This document shows, one piece after another, positions 53,840-63,987 of a DNA stretch of 64,000 nt. A program made the translations under genes and the position numbers. The notes beneath the pieces are model-generated. The model saw only the letters and a program-made list of their open reading frames with translations. It did not search any database and was not told the origin of the DNA. Source of the DNA: Akkermansiaceae bacterium (GTDB taxonomy: Bacteria > Verrucomicrobiota > Verrucomicrobiia > Verrucomicrobiales > Akkermansiaceae); the NCBI GenBank assembly GCA_947491475.1, contig CANLKN010000002.1, forward strand, positions 6,956 through 70,955, read 5' to 3'. The first letter of the stretch is position 1; each line of letters starts with the position of its first letter.

Positions 53840-56539
53840 TCACCATTTCGACTCGAAACGATATTTCCCCGCCTCGACCCGCAGCACGGCATGGCCGGGC
53901 GCGGCAGACAGGAATGTGACACCCGGCGCATCGGCAATCGCCGCGCCCCTCTCGGTGATGCCCGCCGGATCGGCGGCCGGCATGTGAACGGTGGCTTGCG
54001 AATTCGGCGGGATGGTGATTTCCAACACCAAGCTCCCGCCATTTCTTTCCCAGCGGCTGCGGATCGTGCCGTAGGGGGATTCGGTTAGGCCTTCGGCATA
54101 GGTCAGGTCGCCGGCGATGACTGGTTGAATCAGAAACGACTGGAAACCCGGATGCGCGGGATCGGGACGGATGCCGGCCAGGCTTTTGACAAACCACGAG
54201 GATACCCCGGTGTAGCAGGTGTGGATGCGGCTTGGTACATCCACATTCCAATACTCCGGCCATGTATCTTCGCCACGCTTTAGGAAATAACCATAACTCG
54301 GTTCCTCGGTGCGGGTGAGATGATCGAACAAAACCTTGTTGCAGTCTGCTTCCTCGATCAGATGCTTGAAGAGGACCGGCAACCCGGAGCTGCCCATGTC
54401 GAGATAGGTTTTTTCGCGGAGCTCCCGTTGCAACCCCGCGGCGATGGCGGGCCGCAGATCATCCGGCGTGATGCCCGCGAGCAGGGCAAAGGCGAGCTGC
54501 ACTTGCGTGCCGTTGGAATAGATCTGTTTGTCGGGATGGTAATAGGTTTCGTGAATCCGGATGCGCAGCGCGTTGAGCCGCTCGCGGTAAAGCGCCGCAT
54601 CGTCCTGATGGCCGAGGATTCCGGCGATCGCGATGAAATCGGCGAGGTTCATGGCATAGACGCAGTTGTTGAAGTATTCCGCCTCGGGTGAATCACCGCG
54701 TTCCTTGCGTTGTTCGGGCGCGGCCCAGTCGCCGAGGAATTTCCCCCAATGCTCGTGATAATTCCGGAGCAGACCGTCCGAGACATTTGAGTGCAGGAAT
54801 TCCAGCCAGCGCCGACTAGACGGATAGGTTGTTTCGAGAATGCGTCGGTCGCCAAAGTGCTGATAGAAACTCCACGCGATGTTCAGTCCCGCGCTGCTCC
54901 ACATCGGGCCGCCGTAGTGCTGGTTGATCTGCGGCGCGGTGTGGTGGATCCAGCCGTTTTCCTCCTGGACGTCGGACCAGTCGCGGACGTGTTTCATATA
55001 CATCGCGGCGGAGTCGTAATACGGAAACGCGATGCCCCATGCGCAGGCAAATGCGACCTCGCCATAACCGAGCCGCTCACGATGCGGGCAATCCATGGTA
55101 TAACCTTCGATCAGGTTGGCGCGCCAGGTCCAGAGGTCGACCTCGTAGATTTGATTCAGAAGTTCGTTCGACGAGGAAAAAGATCCGGTGCGCCGGAGAT
55201 CGGTGCTCAGTGCGCTGCCGGTGATGTCTTCGGGCCGGGGCTCGGATTTCAATCCGGTGAGAGTGACGAAGCGGCCCGCCATGTAGTTGAAACGATGGCG
55301 GAAGACTTCCTCGTCCGCACCCGCGCTGATGAAGAAGCTCCTCTGATCAAAGTCTTCGACGGTGCCGTCCTGGTTGGCGGTCTGGATCATCACCTCGTCG
55401 CCCGCAGCCAGTCCGCGCATTTTCATTTCCAGCCAACCGGTGAAATTTTTTCCCATATCAACCCGATAAGTCTCTCCCTGGCGAGTGACAGATTTTGCGG
55501 GAATCGTCTCGATCAGCCGCGTCGGCTCCATCATCTGGGCGGAGAGTTCGACATCGAAGGCGGCCTCCTTGGCAGCCGCCCACCCGCTGTCGTCGAAGCC
55601 GGGCGCATTCCAATCTTGGATGTGGCGGCGGGCGTCGATGCGTTCGCCGCCATTGGCTCCGGCATCCAGGAGATCGCCGCCGGTGTTTCCCGAAGAGCTT
55701 ATTTCACAGCGCCACGCGGCGTCCGAGGCGAGTGAGAGATTTTTGCCATCCGCCAATGTGGCATGAAACCGGACGCGGAGTGCCGGGCGGGTTTTGAAAA
55801 AACTATAACGTCCCCAGCCCGGCCCGTGCCAGATGGCAATGGTGTTGTCGCCGGGTTTCAGCAGTCGGGCGATGTCGTAGGTGAGGTAAAGCACACGCTT
55901 GTCGAGTCGCGATGCGGCCGGGGCCAGGTGATGGTTCGCGGCTTTTTCGCCGTTGATATACAACTCATGATAACCCAGCGAGGCGATGTGGATGAGAGCG
56001 GTATCGATGGGTTGTTCGAGCTTCAGGTTGCGGCGGAACCAGATGTGCTTGGTCACTGGCGCGTCCGGATGGTGAATCCACGGACCCTGCCAGTCCTCCG
56101 CATTCAACAGCCCCATGGTGAACCGCGCCGGGTCGCTCCACGGCGTGGGTTTGCCATCCTTGTCATGAACGCGCACTTGCCAGAAAACCGTCTGGTTCGA
56201 GACCAATGGCTTGCCACCATATGGGACAAGCAGCGACTGCGACGATTGCACCACGTCGCTATCCCAAAGATCTGCCCGCCCCTCGGTGAGGTGCTCCAGG
56301 CGGCTCGCAGCACGGATCTGCCAGGCGGTCTGTTTTTGTCCGCGCGCTGCATCGGCATCCGCAAGTTTCCAACTGAGGCGTGGAACGGCGACATCGACGC
56401 CAATCGGATCTCTCAAGTATCCGCAGCGCAGATCCACAGGAACGACTGCCAGCGCGGAGGAGGTGCCGATGGTGAAAACCGCGAGCTGGCAGCGCACGTC
56501 GTGTGTGAAGCGGGTTGGTAACAAATCTTTGGGTTTCAT
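53840..56539 (-). CDS. Alpha-L-rhamnosidase (GH78)
   Basis: Typical GH78 N-terminus DLRCGYLRDPIGVDVAVPRLSWKL...QTAWQIRAAS...WDSDVVQSSQS...FWQVRVHD...WQGPWIHH. 899 aa, intact. Confidence 0.88.
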   Translation of the reverse strand: MKPKDLLPTRFTHDVRCQLAVFTIGTSSALAVVPVDLRCGYLRDPIGVDVAVPRLSWKLADADAARGQKQTAWQIRAASRLEHLTEGRADLWDSDVVQSSQSLLVPYGGKPLVSNQTVFWQVRVHDKDGKPTPWSDPARFTMGLLNAEDWQGPWIHHPDAPVTKHIWFRRNLKLEQPIDTALIHIASLGYHELYINGEKAANHHLAPAASRLDKRVLYLTYDIARLLKPGDNTIAIWHGPGWGRYSFFKTRPALRVRFHATLADGKNLSLASDAAWRCEISSSGNTGGDLLDAGANGGERIDARRHIQDWNAPGFDDSGWAAAKEAAFDVELSAQMMEPTRLIETIPAKSVTRQGETYRVDMGKNFTGWLEMKMRGLAAGDEVMIQTANQDGTVEDFDQRSFFISAGADEEVFRHRFNYMAGRFVTLTGLKSEPRPEDITGSALSTDLRRTGSFSSSNELLNQIYEVDLWTWRANLIEGYTMDCPHRERLGYGEVAFACAWGIAFPYYDSAAMYMKHVRDWSDVQEENGWIHHTAPQINQHYGGPMWSSAGLNIAWSFYQHFGDRRILETTYPSSRRWLEFLHSNVSDGLLRNYHEHWGKFLGDWAAPEQRKERGDSPEAEYFNNCVYAMNLADFIAIAGILGHQDDAALYRERLNALRIRIHETYYHPDKQIYSNGTQVQLAFALLAGITPDDLRPAIAAGLQRELREKTYLDMGSSGLPVLFKHLIEEADCNKVLFDHLTRTEEPSYGYFLKRGEDTWPEYWNVDVPSRIHTCYTGVSSWFVKSLAGIRPDPAHPGFQSFLIQPVIAGDLTYAEGLTESPYGTIRSRWERNGGSLVLEITIPPNSQATVHMPAADPAGITERGAAIADAPGVTFLSAAPGHAVLRVEAGKYRFESKW

Positions 56540-56549
56540 TTAGTGATAT

Positions 56550-57313
56550 CTAATGATGCATGCCGGTGCCGATGATGGCACTGGCACCGGACAAGGCGGT
56601 TTCAATGGTCGGGTTTTTCCCCTGCGATTCGACGGTGAAGCCGTTGGGCAAGACCTCGCTGCCATAGTGTGCGCCTTCTTTCACCAGCCAGTTGTCGAGC
56701 AGGCGATGGAGCTGGGGCAGGGCTTTGTCGCCATCTCCCAGCGAGGCGTATTTGGAGGCGGCAACGGTCAGGCTGTAGCCGCAGAGATCATAGAACCCAT
56801 CCTGATTCCTGAAGTTGAGCCAGTGGTCAGGAAGAGGCGTGCCTTCCTCCCGTCCACCGCGACTTCCTTCCATGCGGTGGCATAATCGCCGCCGGCCAGA
56901 AGGCGCGGCTCGACCACCGGGATGCCGTCGATTTCCTTGAGCACCGGCAGCGGGTTGCGCTCGTAGTTTGGCGAACGCTCGGGCCAGAGTTGATAGAAAG
57001 GAGAATCCGGATTGCCGGGCAGAAACTCCCATTTCCAAGGAGCCTGCGAACCATCGGCATTCGCCTCGGTGGATGTCACATCGATGAGATGGATCATTTC
57101 ATCCCGCTGCGTGAGGGCGCGGAACTCGAGCTTGCCGAGGTCGGTCTGGATGGTTCCGCGCAGCTCCGCGTTCCAGAGATCCTGACGCATGGTGACGGGC
57201 ACGGGCTGCGGCGGCGCACTGGCTGCGGGTTCATCCGCGGCCGTGCAGACAAGACAGCTTGCGAGAACGAGTGGCAGTGAAATTTCGCAGGCTGCAAACA
57301 AGTTGTTTTTCAT
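56550..57313 (-). pseudogene. Short secreted protein of the glycan locus, one frameshift (possibly a remnant of a larger glycosidase)
   Basis: ORF 56768..57394 (signal peptide MKNNLFAACEISLPLVLASCLV from 57313) is sensible up to ...YATAWKEVAVDGR. The sense continues in ORF 56550..57038 (EEGTPLPDHWLNFRNQDGFYDLCGYSLTVAASKY...). The change lies at about 56836-56860. Confidence 0.55.
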
Positions 57314-57457
57314 GGGCATGGATGGAGGATTTCCGGATGTGCCTGCTTGCTCCCGAACCAGCTCGCCGGTTATTTCACGGAAATTTCGCGGCAAGCCATG
57401 TTCGCGAGACGTCGGGTCTTTCGATCACGCTCAGGTTTCGCAAGGTGACATCCATGC

Positions 57458-59635
57458 TCATTTGAGTTGCGTGATCTTCAGCATCGCGCAACCACGGTGA
57501 AGCGGCGTGTCGATTTCAAGCACATCCCCATTCAGACGCGTCGGCACTGTCTTCGTTTCCTTCACTCCCGGATGCAAGACTTCGACTTTCAAGTTGCCGG
57601 AAAGAAACGGCACATTGCGCAGCTGCACACGGACCGGGGTGTGTTGTGCGAGAGTGATTGGAACCACCCATCCTTCCAAGGTCTCGAACAAATTCGCTTG
57701 GGCGAGATTGCCGGCGATCTCGACACAGTGCGGCTCAAGCACCCATTTTTTGCCCTTCATCGCGGCCATCATGGCACCGTAGTTCAGCCATGGCTGGCGG
57801 TTTTCGATGGGATCCCATTTCACCCCGTGATCGTTTGCAGGATAGGGGCACATGGGATAAATCCCAAGATGCAGCCGCCGTTGCATGAAAACATCCTCCT
57901 GTCCCTTGGGAACGGGAAGGCCGCGCCAGAGCACGGTGGGCTTGTTCATCCCGAGGGTGGCCAAACCATTCATGCCACCGTTGTCGTCATCGGTCTCAGC
58001 TAGAAATCCATCCACATGCCGCATGATTTCGAGGCGTTTCGTGATAGGGCTGGCGAAGATGACTTTCCCAGCGCCATGCATCAGGGGACCCATGCGGTCC
58101 ATCAGATGGTTCCATGACCAAAGGAAGGATCGGGCGGGTTTGCCATCATACCATGACACGCCGTCATCGCGGTCCAGGTTATAGAGGCGCAGCCAGTCCA
58201 TCCGGTCGATGCATATGCCCGATGAATGCGGGAGGTTTTCGATGTGTCTGCGGAGTTGATCCAATATGAAGTCACGGAATACCGGTTCGCCGTTGTCCAC
58301 CACTACGGACTCCTCCCACGAATAGAAGCATCCGCCGGGCTTGGATTGGACCCAGCCCGGATGGGGCCACTTGACGCCATCCAACGGGAGTTGATCCGGG
58401 ACGCGATAAACTGCCGCGGCCAGACGGTTGAACAGGAACTCATTGCGATCGCGCCAATTCAGTTCGTTCCAAACATCCCGCTTGTCGCCGGCGGCAGCCG
58501 GGGGCGGCGGGTATTGAACGTGCGTGCCGAATTCCGTCACGCAGAAGTAGTCGAGCACCTTGAAACCCTTGTCGTTCATCCGCCGGCTGTAGTCGTCCAT
58601 TTTGGCCATGGTCACCGGTTTGCGGGGCGCGGTGCGCTCCCATTTCCCCTGAAAGGGCGTCCACTCCTCGTCTTTGCCGACCGGAGGCAGGAACATGCCA
58701 TAATACGGCCAGTCAAATGAGGCCCTCCAGTTGAAGGCATAGTTCATACTCTTGAGCGCTTCGACATCGAGCTCGCCATCATAGCCCGAGTAGGATGCGG
58801 TTCCAGAGAGCTCCACCACAGCGGGATTTTCCGGGTCGAAAAACTCCGCGAACCGGCTGCGCATCCAGCCGATGCCCGGCCGCCAGTCGTCCTCGTGGCT
58901 CTTGAGATAAAGTGTTAGCTTCACCGGCGTCCCCTTGGCAATCCGATGACGGTATAACAAAAACTCCGCCGTGCCGTCCGGCTCGATGGCAAGCTCCATG
59001 TCCAGCAGCGTTTGGTCCGGGGCGACCATCAGACTGAGCCCTCCGGCACCGGGCTCGATGAAGGTGGCGATGGGAATCGAAAAGAAGTTTTCATTCCGCG
59101 GCCGTTGTCGCCACGAATACCACGGAGAAAACGGCCGGTTCATCATGAAACGGGGCGCGCCATAGGTGTAAACCTTGGGAACCAGCGCCGATGTCCGCAG
59201 CGGATTCTCAATCTTGTTTTCGGTGTCCGCCGGCGCATCCCATGCGCTCCAGAACCGCGTGGTGGGCTTCGCCGGATGACCCAGTGCGCACGAAATGGGT
59301 GCCGACCATGGCAGATCGCTCTCACCCGTGATTTCGATCTCCCACTTTGCGGCGCCACCTTCATCCGGCGTGAAGGTCTCGCGCACCAGGCATTGCTGGC
59401 CTTCCTTTCCCTTCATGCGCCGCTCGACAGTGAGGGTGCCGTCATTCCCTTGAGTCACCTTGCCGGGTTCTGCGGCCGTCTCCTCAAGGGTGGATTTCAA
59501 CGTCCATTCGCCGATGTTGCTGCTGCCGCGGAATGCGCCGGTGCCCTCGTCAAAGCTGGCTTTCATTTCCATGGCCGGTGCCGTTGCGACACCCGCCGCG
59601 ATCATCACTATGGTCATCATTCGTTTCATTTTCAT
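57458..59635 (-). CDS. Secreted protein of unknown family, tandem paralog B (725 aa)
   Basis: Signal peptide MKMKRMMTIVMIAAGVATAPA. Long intact ORF. By eye roughly 85-90% amino-acid identity to the upstream paralog. The C-terminal half has a glycosidase-like feel (ICIDRMDWLRLYNLDRDDG, ETDDDNGGMNG), but I recognise no family. Confidence 0.75.
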   Translation of the reverse strand: MKMKRMMTIVMIAAGVATAPAMEMKASFDEGTGAFRGSSNIGEWTLKSTLEETAAEPGKVTQGNDGTLTVERRMKGKEGQQCLVRETFTPDEGGAAKWEIEITGESDLPWSAPISCALGHPAKPTTRFWSAWDAPADTENKIENPLRTSALVPKVYTYGAPRFMMNRPFSPWYSWRQRPRNENFFSIPIATFIEPGAGGLSLMVAPDQTLLDMELAIEPDGTAEFLLYRHRIAKGTPVKLTLYLKSHEDDWRPGIGWMRSRFAEFFDPENPAVVELSGTASYSGYDGELDVEALKSMNYAFNWRASFDWPYYGMFLPPVGKDEEWTPFQGKWERTAPRKPVTMAKMDDYSRRMNDKGFKVLDYFCVTEFGTHVQYPPPPAAAGDKRDVWNELNWRDRNEFLFNRLAAAVYRVPDQLPLDGVKWPHPGWVQSKPGGCFYSWEESVVVDNGEPVFRDFILDQLRRHIENLPHSSGICIDRMDWLRLYNLDRDDGVSWYDGKPARSFLWSWNHLMDRMGPLMHGAGKVIFASPITKRLEIMRHVDGFLAETDDDNGGMNGLATLGMNKPTVLWRGLPVPKGQEDVFMQRRLHLGIYPMCPYPANDHGVKWDPIENRQPWLNYGAMMAAMKGKKWVLEPHCVEIAGNLAQANLFETLEGWVVPITLAQHTPVRVQLRNVPFLSGNLKVEVLHPGVKETKTVPTRLNGDVLEIDTPLHRGCAMLKITQLK

Positions 59636-59824
59636 GGTTCTGTTGTTGGTTGTTCGAAAATTAAAAGTCCGTCATGAAAGGATCAAACGGGATCGCGTGC
59701 GGGAACCTTTCATGCGGTGGATTCAAAAGTATGGGAGGGCACTTTCTCATGCCTGTCACGGCACAAGGCCCAGTCCTCATCCTTGCGCCTTGCCGGATGA
59801 AGGATTTTCGAATCCGTGGTTTTC

Positions 59825-61996
59825 TCATTTGAGATGAGTGATCTTCAGCATGGCACAACCGCGGTGAAGCGGCGTGTCGATCTCCAGCGTATCGCCGTTC
59901 AAAATCGGCTGCACCGTCTTCGCTTCCTTCACCCCCGGATGTAACAACTCGACTCTCAAGTTGCCTGAAATGAACGGCATGTTGCGCAGCAGCACGCGGG
60001 CCTGGGGTGCCTTGCCGAATGTGATGGGAACGACCCATCCTTCCAAGGTTTCGAACATGTTCGCTTGGGCGGTGTTTTCCGCGATCTCGACGCAATGGGG
60101 CTCCAGCACCCACTTTTTGCCCTTCATCGCGGCCATCATGGCACCGTAGTCCAGCCATGGCTGGCGGTTTTCGATGGGATCCCATCCCACTCCGTGGTCG
60201 TTTGCAGGATACGGGCACATGGGATAAATCCCAAGATGCAGCCGCCGTTGCATGAAAACATCCTCCTGTCCCTTGGGAACGGGAAGACCGCGCCAGAGCA
60301 CGGTGGGCTTGTTCATCCCGATGATGGCCAGTCCATTCATGCCGCCGTTGTCGTCATCGGTCTCGGAAAGAAATCCATCCACCTGCCGCATGATTTCGAG
60401 GCGCTTGACGATGGGATTCACAAAGATGGATTTTCCGGCCCCATGCATCAGCGGGCCCATGCGGTGCATCAAGTGGTTCCACGACCAGACGAGCGATCGC
60501 GCGGGTTTGCCATCATACCAGGAAACGCCGTCATCGCGATCCAGGTTGTAGAGGCGCAGCCAGTCCAGGCGGTCGATGCAGATGCCCGAAGAATGCGGGA
60601 GGTTTTCGATGTGTCTGCGGAGTTGATCCAAAATGAAGTCGCGGAATACCGGCTCGCCGCAGTCCACCACCACGGACTCCTCCCATGTGTAGAAACATCC
60701 ACCCGGCTTGGTCTTGGCCCAATGCGAGTTCGGCCACACGACGCCATCCAGCGGAAGTTGCTCCGGGACGCGATAAACTGCTGCGGCCAGGCGGTTGAAC
60801 AAGAACTCATTGCGGTCGCGCCAATCCAGTTGGTTCCACACATCCCGCGTGTCGTCGGCGGCAGCCGGAGGCGGCGGATATTGCACGTGCGTGCCGAATT
60901 CCGTCACGTTGAAATAGTCGAGCACCTTGAATCCCTTCTCGTTCATCCGACGGCTATAATCATCCATCTTGGCCATGGTCACCGGTTTTCGGGGAGCGGT
61001 GCGTTCCCACTTCCCCTGAAAGGGCGTCCACTCCTCGTCTTTGCCGACCGGAGGCAGGAACATGCCAAAATACGGCCAGTCAAACGACGCCCTCCAGTTG
61101 AAGGCATAGTTCATGTTCTTGAGTGTTTCCACATCGAGCTCGCCATCATATCCCGAGTAGGATGCGGTTCCAGAGAGTTCGACCACGCCGGGGTTTCCTG
61201 GATTGAAAAACGCATCGAACTTTCTGCTCATCCAGCCGATGCCCGGACGCCAGTCGTCCTCGTGACTTTTGAGATAAAGCGTCAGCTTCACCGGCGTGCC
61301 CTTGGAAATCCGGTGACGGTAAAACAAAAACTTTGCCGTGCCGTCTGGCTCGATGGCGAGTTCCATGTCCAGTAGCGTTTGTTCGGGACTCGCCATGAGG
61401 CTAAGCCCTCCGGCACCGGGTTCGATCAAGGTGACGATGGGAATGCAAAAGTAGTTTTCATTTCGTGGCCGTTGTCCCCAGGAATACCATGGATAAAGCT
61501 TCCGATTCATCATGTAGCGGGGCGCGCCATAGGTATAAACCTTGGGAACCAGCGCCGATGTCCGGAGCGGATCCTCAATCTTGTTTTCGGTATCCGCAGG
61601 CGCATCCCATGCGCTCCAGAACCGCGTGGTGGGCTTCGCCGGATGACCCAGCGCGCACGAAATGGGCGCCGACCATGGCAGATCGCTCTCAGCTATGATT
61701 TCGATTTCCCACTTTGCGGTGCCACCTTGCTCAGGAGTGAAGGTTTCGCGCACCAGGCACTGCTCGCCTTCTTTTCCTTTCACCCGCCGCTCCACGGTGA
61801 GGGTTCCGTCATTGCCTTGAGTCGCCTTGCCGGGTTCCGCAGTCGTTTCCCCGAGGGTGGATTTCAAGGTCCACTCCCCGATGCCCGCGCTGCCGCGGAA
61901 TCCGCCTGAAGCCTCGTCATAAGCGGCTTTCATTTCCATGGCACTTGCCGTTGCCATGCCTGCGGAAGCCATGATCAGTGTGATGATGTTTTTCAT
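59825..61996 (-). CDS. Secreted protein of unknown family, tandem paralog A (723 aa)
   Basis: Signal peptide MKNIITLIMASAGMATASA. Colinear with paralog B. Its ATG overlaps the stop of the upstream gene (ATGA at 61993-61996). Confidence 0.75.
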   Translation of the reverse strand: MKNIITLIMASAGMATASAMEMKAAYDEASGGFRGSAGIGEWTLKSTLGETTAEPGKATQGNDGTLTVERRVKGKEGEQCLVRETFTPEQGGTAKWEIEIIAESDLPWSAPISCALGHPAKPTTRFWSAWDAPADTENKIEDPLRTSALVPKVYTYGAPRYMMNRKLYPWYSWGQRPRNENYFCIPIVTLIEPGAGGLSLMASPEQTLLDMELAIEPDGTAKFLFYRHRISKGTPVKLTLYLKSHEDDWRPGIGWMSRKFDAFFNPGNPGVVELSGTASYSGYDGELDVETLKNMNYAFNWRASFDWPYFGMFLPPVGKDEEWTPFQGKWERTAPRKPVTMAKMDDYSRRMNEKGFKVLDYFNVTEFGTHVQYPPPPAAADDTRDVWNQLDWRDRNEFLFNRLAAAVYRVPEQLPLDGVVWPNSHWAKTKPGGCFYTWEESVVVDCGEPVFRDFILDQLRRHIENLPHSSGICIDRLDWLRLYNLDRDDGVSWYDGKPARSLVWSWNHLMHRMGPLMHGAGKSIFVNPIVKRLEIMRQVDGFLSETDDDNGGMNGLAIIGMNKPTVLWRGLPVPKGQEDVFMQRRLHLGIYPMCPYPANDHGVGWDPIENRQPWLDYGAMMAAMKGKKWVLEPHCVEIAENTAQANMFETLEGWVVPITFGKAPQARVLLRNMPFISGNLRVELLHPGVKEAKTVQPILNGDTLEIDTPLHRGCAMLKITHLK

Positions 61997-63987
61997 TGGT
62001 TTGGTGATTCAAAAGTCACTCTCCAGTCGCTGGTGGCGGCCTTCGCGCTCTCCATGACCAGCACCGTGAGATCAGGGTTTCCGGGATGCTCCTCCAGCCT
62101 GGCCGAAGCGCCATCGGCGGCAGCCAGCACGGGCTTGCGGCCGTTGTTGGCGATCACGATTCGCAGCGGTTCTCCGGCGACGAGTTTCGCCTTTCCGGAC
62201 AAGGTTTCATTTTCCCAGCGGACCTCGGAAAGTTCGAGCATGCCCTGCATCAGGTGGCGGTCGGACGAAATGACCTGCGGGTGCGGCGTCACCTTGCGAA
62301 GCGAGAGCATCCGCGCCTCGCCGGGAGCGAGATCTTGGGAAAGCGTGTCCGTGCCCTTGAAACGTCCCGCCAGGCGGTTGTTCCAGAAATCATAGGCATG
62401 GTATTCCGCGTTGGGATCGAGCCCGAGCGCACCGTTCTGTGCGGCATCACCGGACAAAGGCGCGGAAACCTTGGCGGGAGCCGCCATGTCCGGATTGAAC
62501 AGGGTGACCTGCTGCCATTCCGGCGTGACCTGGAACTGATAGACGCGCGGGCATCCGGCAGCGGATGGCAACAGGAGGTCCACCGGCCGGGCCGTGCGGC
62601 GTTCCTCATGCATCGGGTAAAGCCGTGACAGGTCGCGGATGATTTCCGGCGGGTAGTTCTTGAAGGAATCGGCGAGCAGCACGCGGCCCGCGGTGACATA
62701 GAGCATCGTCAGGATCGAGCGCCGCAGCAGCACCGGATCGGCAACTTCTTCGGTCTGCTTGGTGTGGATTTTCCGGAAGAGCAGGCTCTTGGAATCCATG
62801 TCATAGAGGTAAAAGACGCGGGTTTTATACCAACGAAGCGCGGCCCGCGCGACCTGCGCCGCAGTGAAGGACGAGGAATCCGTCTCGATGCGCTGGGAGT
62901 CCACCAGGCCGAGAGTCATGTCCGAGTAGGGAATGCGCTCGTGTGGCAGGCTGGTCGGGGTGGAGACCTCGCCGAGGTTGCGCTCGTGAATGTGTGCCTG
63001 CGGGCCGAGGCCCTCGCGGGCGAGTTCGAAGATCTTCCGATAGGCTGCGGTAGCCGTGCTTTTGGGGTCATCCAGTCCGCCCTCGCCGGCGAAGCCTGTC
63101 TCAGGGTAATCGAACATCAGGCCGGCGAGTCCGGCTTGTCCCAGATCGCCCCAGACTTTACGCATGTGTTGCTGCATGCCGGGATCGCTGTAATCGGGGC
63201 GCACATGAGGTTGCTCGTGGGAGCGCGGCACCATTTTCAGATACTTGATGCTGTTGTTGAGCATCCAGTCCGGATGCGCCTCGGCGAAATCGTCGGACGG
63301 CATGCCGGTTTGCACATAACTGAAGGGCAGCCCGCCGCGTTCGCGGATCGCCTGGCAGAACTTCGCACTCGTTTCGTAGGGCTCCTTGAAATAACCGAAT
63401 TTCTGCCAGTGGGCGTCATCCCACCATCCTTGCGGCGTGTTTCCTCCGGTTTGCTGGTGATAAGTCTCCGGCACCAGACGGATGGCGACAGGCGCATAGC
63501 GCAGGAAACCGGATTGTGCGGCATGGTCCATCTGGCGCACCGCATCCACGGTGTTCATGGAATTATCATTGCTGGTGACCATGACATACCACATGCAAAG
63601 CGTCGGGAAGTTATAGAAATTAGGCTTGGCATCCTGTGCCTTGGCGGCGGTCCGGGCGTAGGTTTCAAGAGCGGCGAAGGGATCGGATTCCAGCAGATCG
63701 ATGTAAAAGCGGTCAGTGCTTTGATAGGTGGCACCGCTTTCGAGCAGGAGCCCGACCGGGTCGTAGGCTTCGGCTTTTGCCAGCAGCCTGCCGTCCGCAG
63801 TGACGGCGGTTTCCACGCGTTTGGTGAAATCCCGGTAGGTGAGGCCGCCGCCGACAAAATTCCGCCGTTTGCCGCCAGCCTGATAGGTCAGCAGCAGGTT
63901 GTTTTCGCTCTTGCGCGAGAGGCCGGGCATCACGGCATTATTTCCGCGGCCATGATCCGCGTGGCCCGCCAAGCCGCTCTGATTCAT
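61993..63987 (-). CDS. Alpha-galactosidase-like (GH clan D / melibiase-like TIM barrel) protein; the 5' end may lie beyond the window
   Basis: FPTLCMWYV..., GGLPFSYVQTGMPSDDFAEAHPDWML and GLAGLMFDYPE resemble GH27/31/36-type barrels. The frame is still open upstream of the ATG at 63987 to the window edge. No signal peptide is visible. Confidence 0.65.
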   Translation of the reverse strand: MNQSGLAGHADHGRGNNAVMPGLSRKSENNLLLTYQAGGKRRNFVGGGLTYRDFTKRVETAVTADGRLLAKAEAYDPVGLLLESGATYQSTDRFYIDLLESDPFAALETYARTAAKAQDAKPNFYNFPTLCMWYVMVTSNDNSMNTVDAVRQMDHAAQSGFLRYAPVAIRLVPETYHQQTGGNTPQGWWDDAHWQKFGYFKEPYETSAKFCQAIRERGGLPFSYVQTGMPSDDFAEAHPDWMLNNSIKYLKMVPRSHEQPHVRPDYSDPGMQQHMRKVWGDLGQAGLAGLMFDYPETGFAGEGGLDDPKSTATAAYRKIFELAREGLGPQAHIHERNLGEVSTPTSLPHERIPYSDMTLGLVDSQRIETDSSSFTAAQVARAALRWYKTRVFYLYDMDSKSLLFRKIHTKQTEEVADPVLLRRSILTMLYVTAGRVLLADSFKNYPPEIIRDLSRLYPMHEERRTARPVDLLLPSAAGCPRVYQFQVTPEWQQVTLFNPDMAAPAKVSAPLSGDAAQNGALGLDPNAEYHAYDFWNNRLAGRFKGTDTLSQDLAPGEARMLSLRKVTPHPQVISSDRHLMQGMLELSEVRWENETLSGKAKLVAGEPLRIVIANNGRKPVLAAADGASARLEEHPGNPDLTVLVMESAKAATSDWRVTFESPNQ

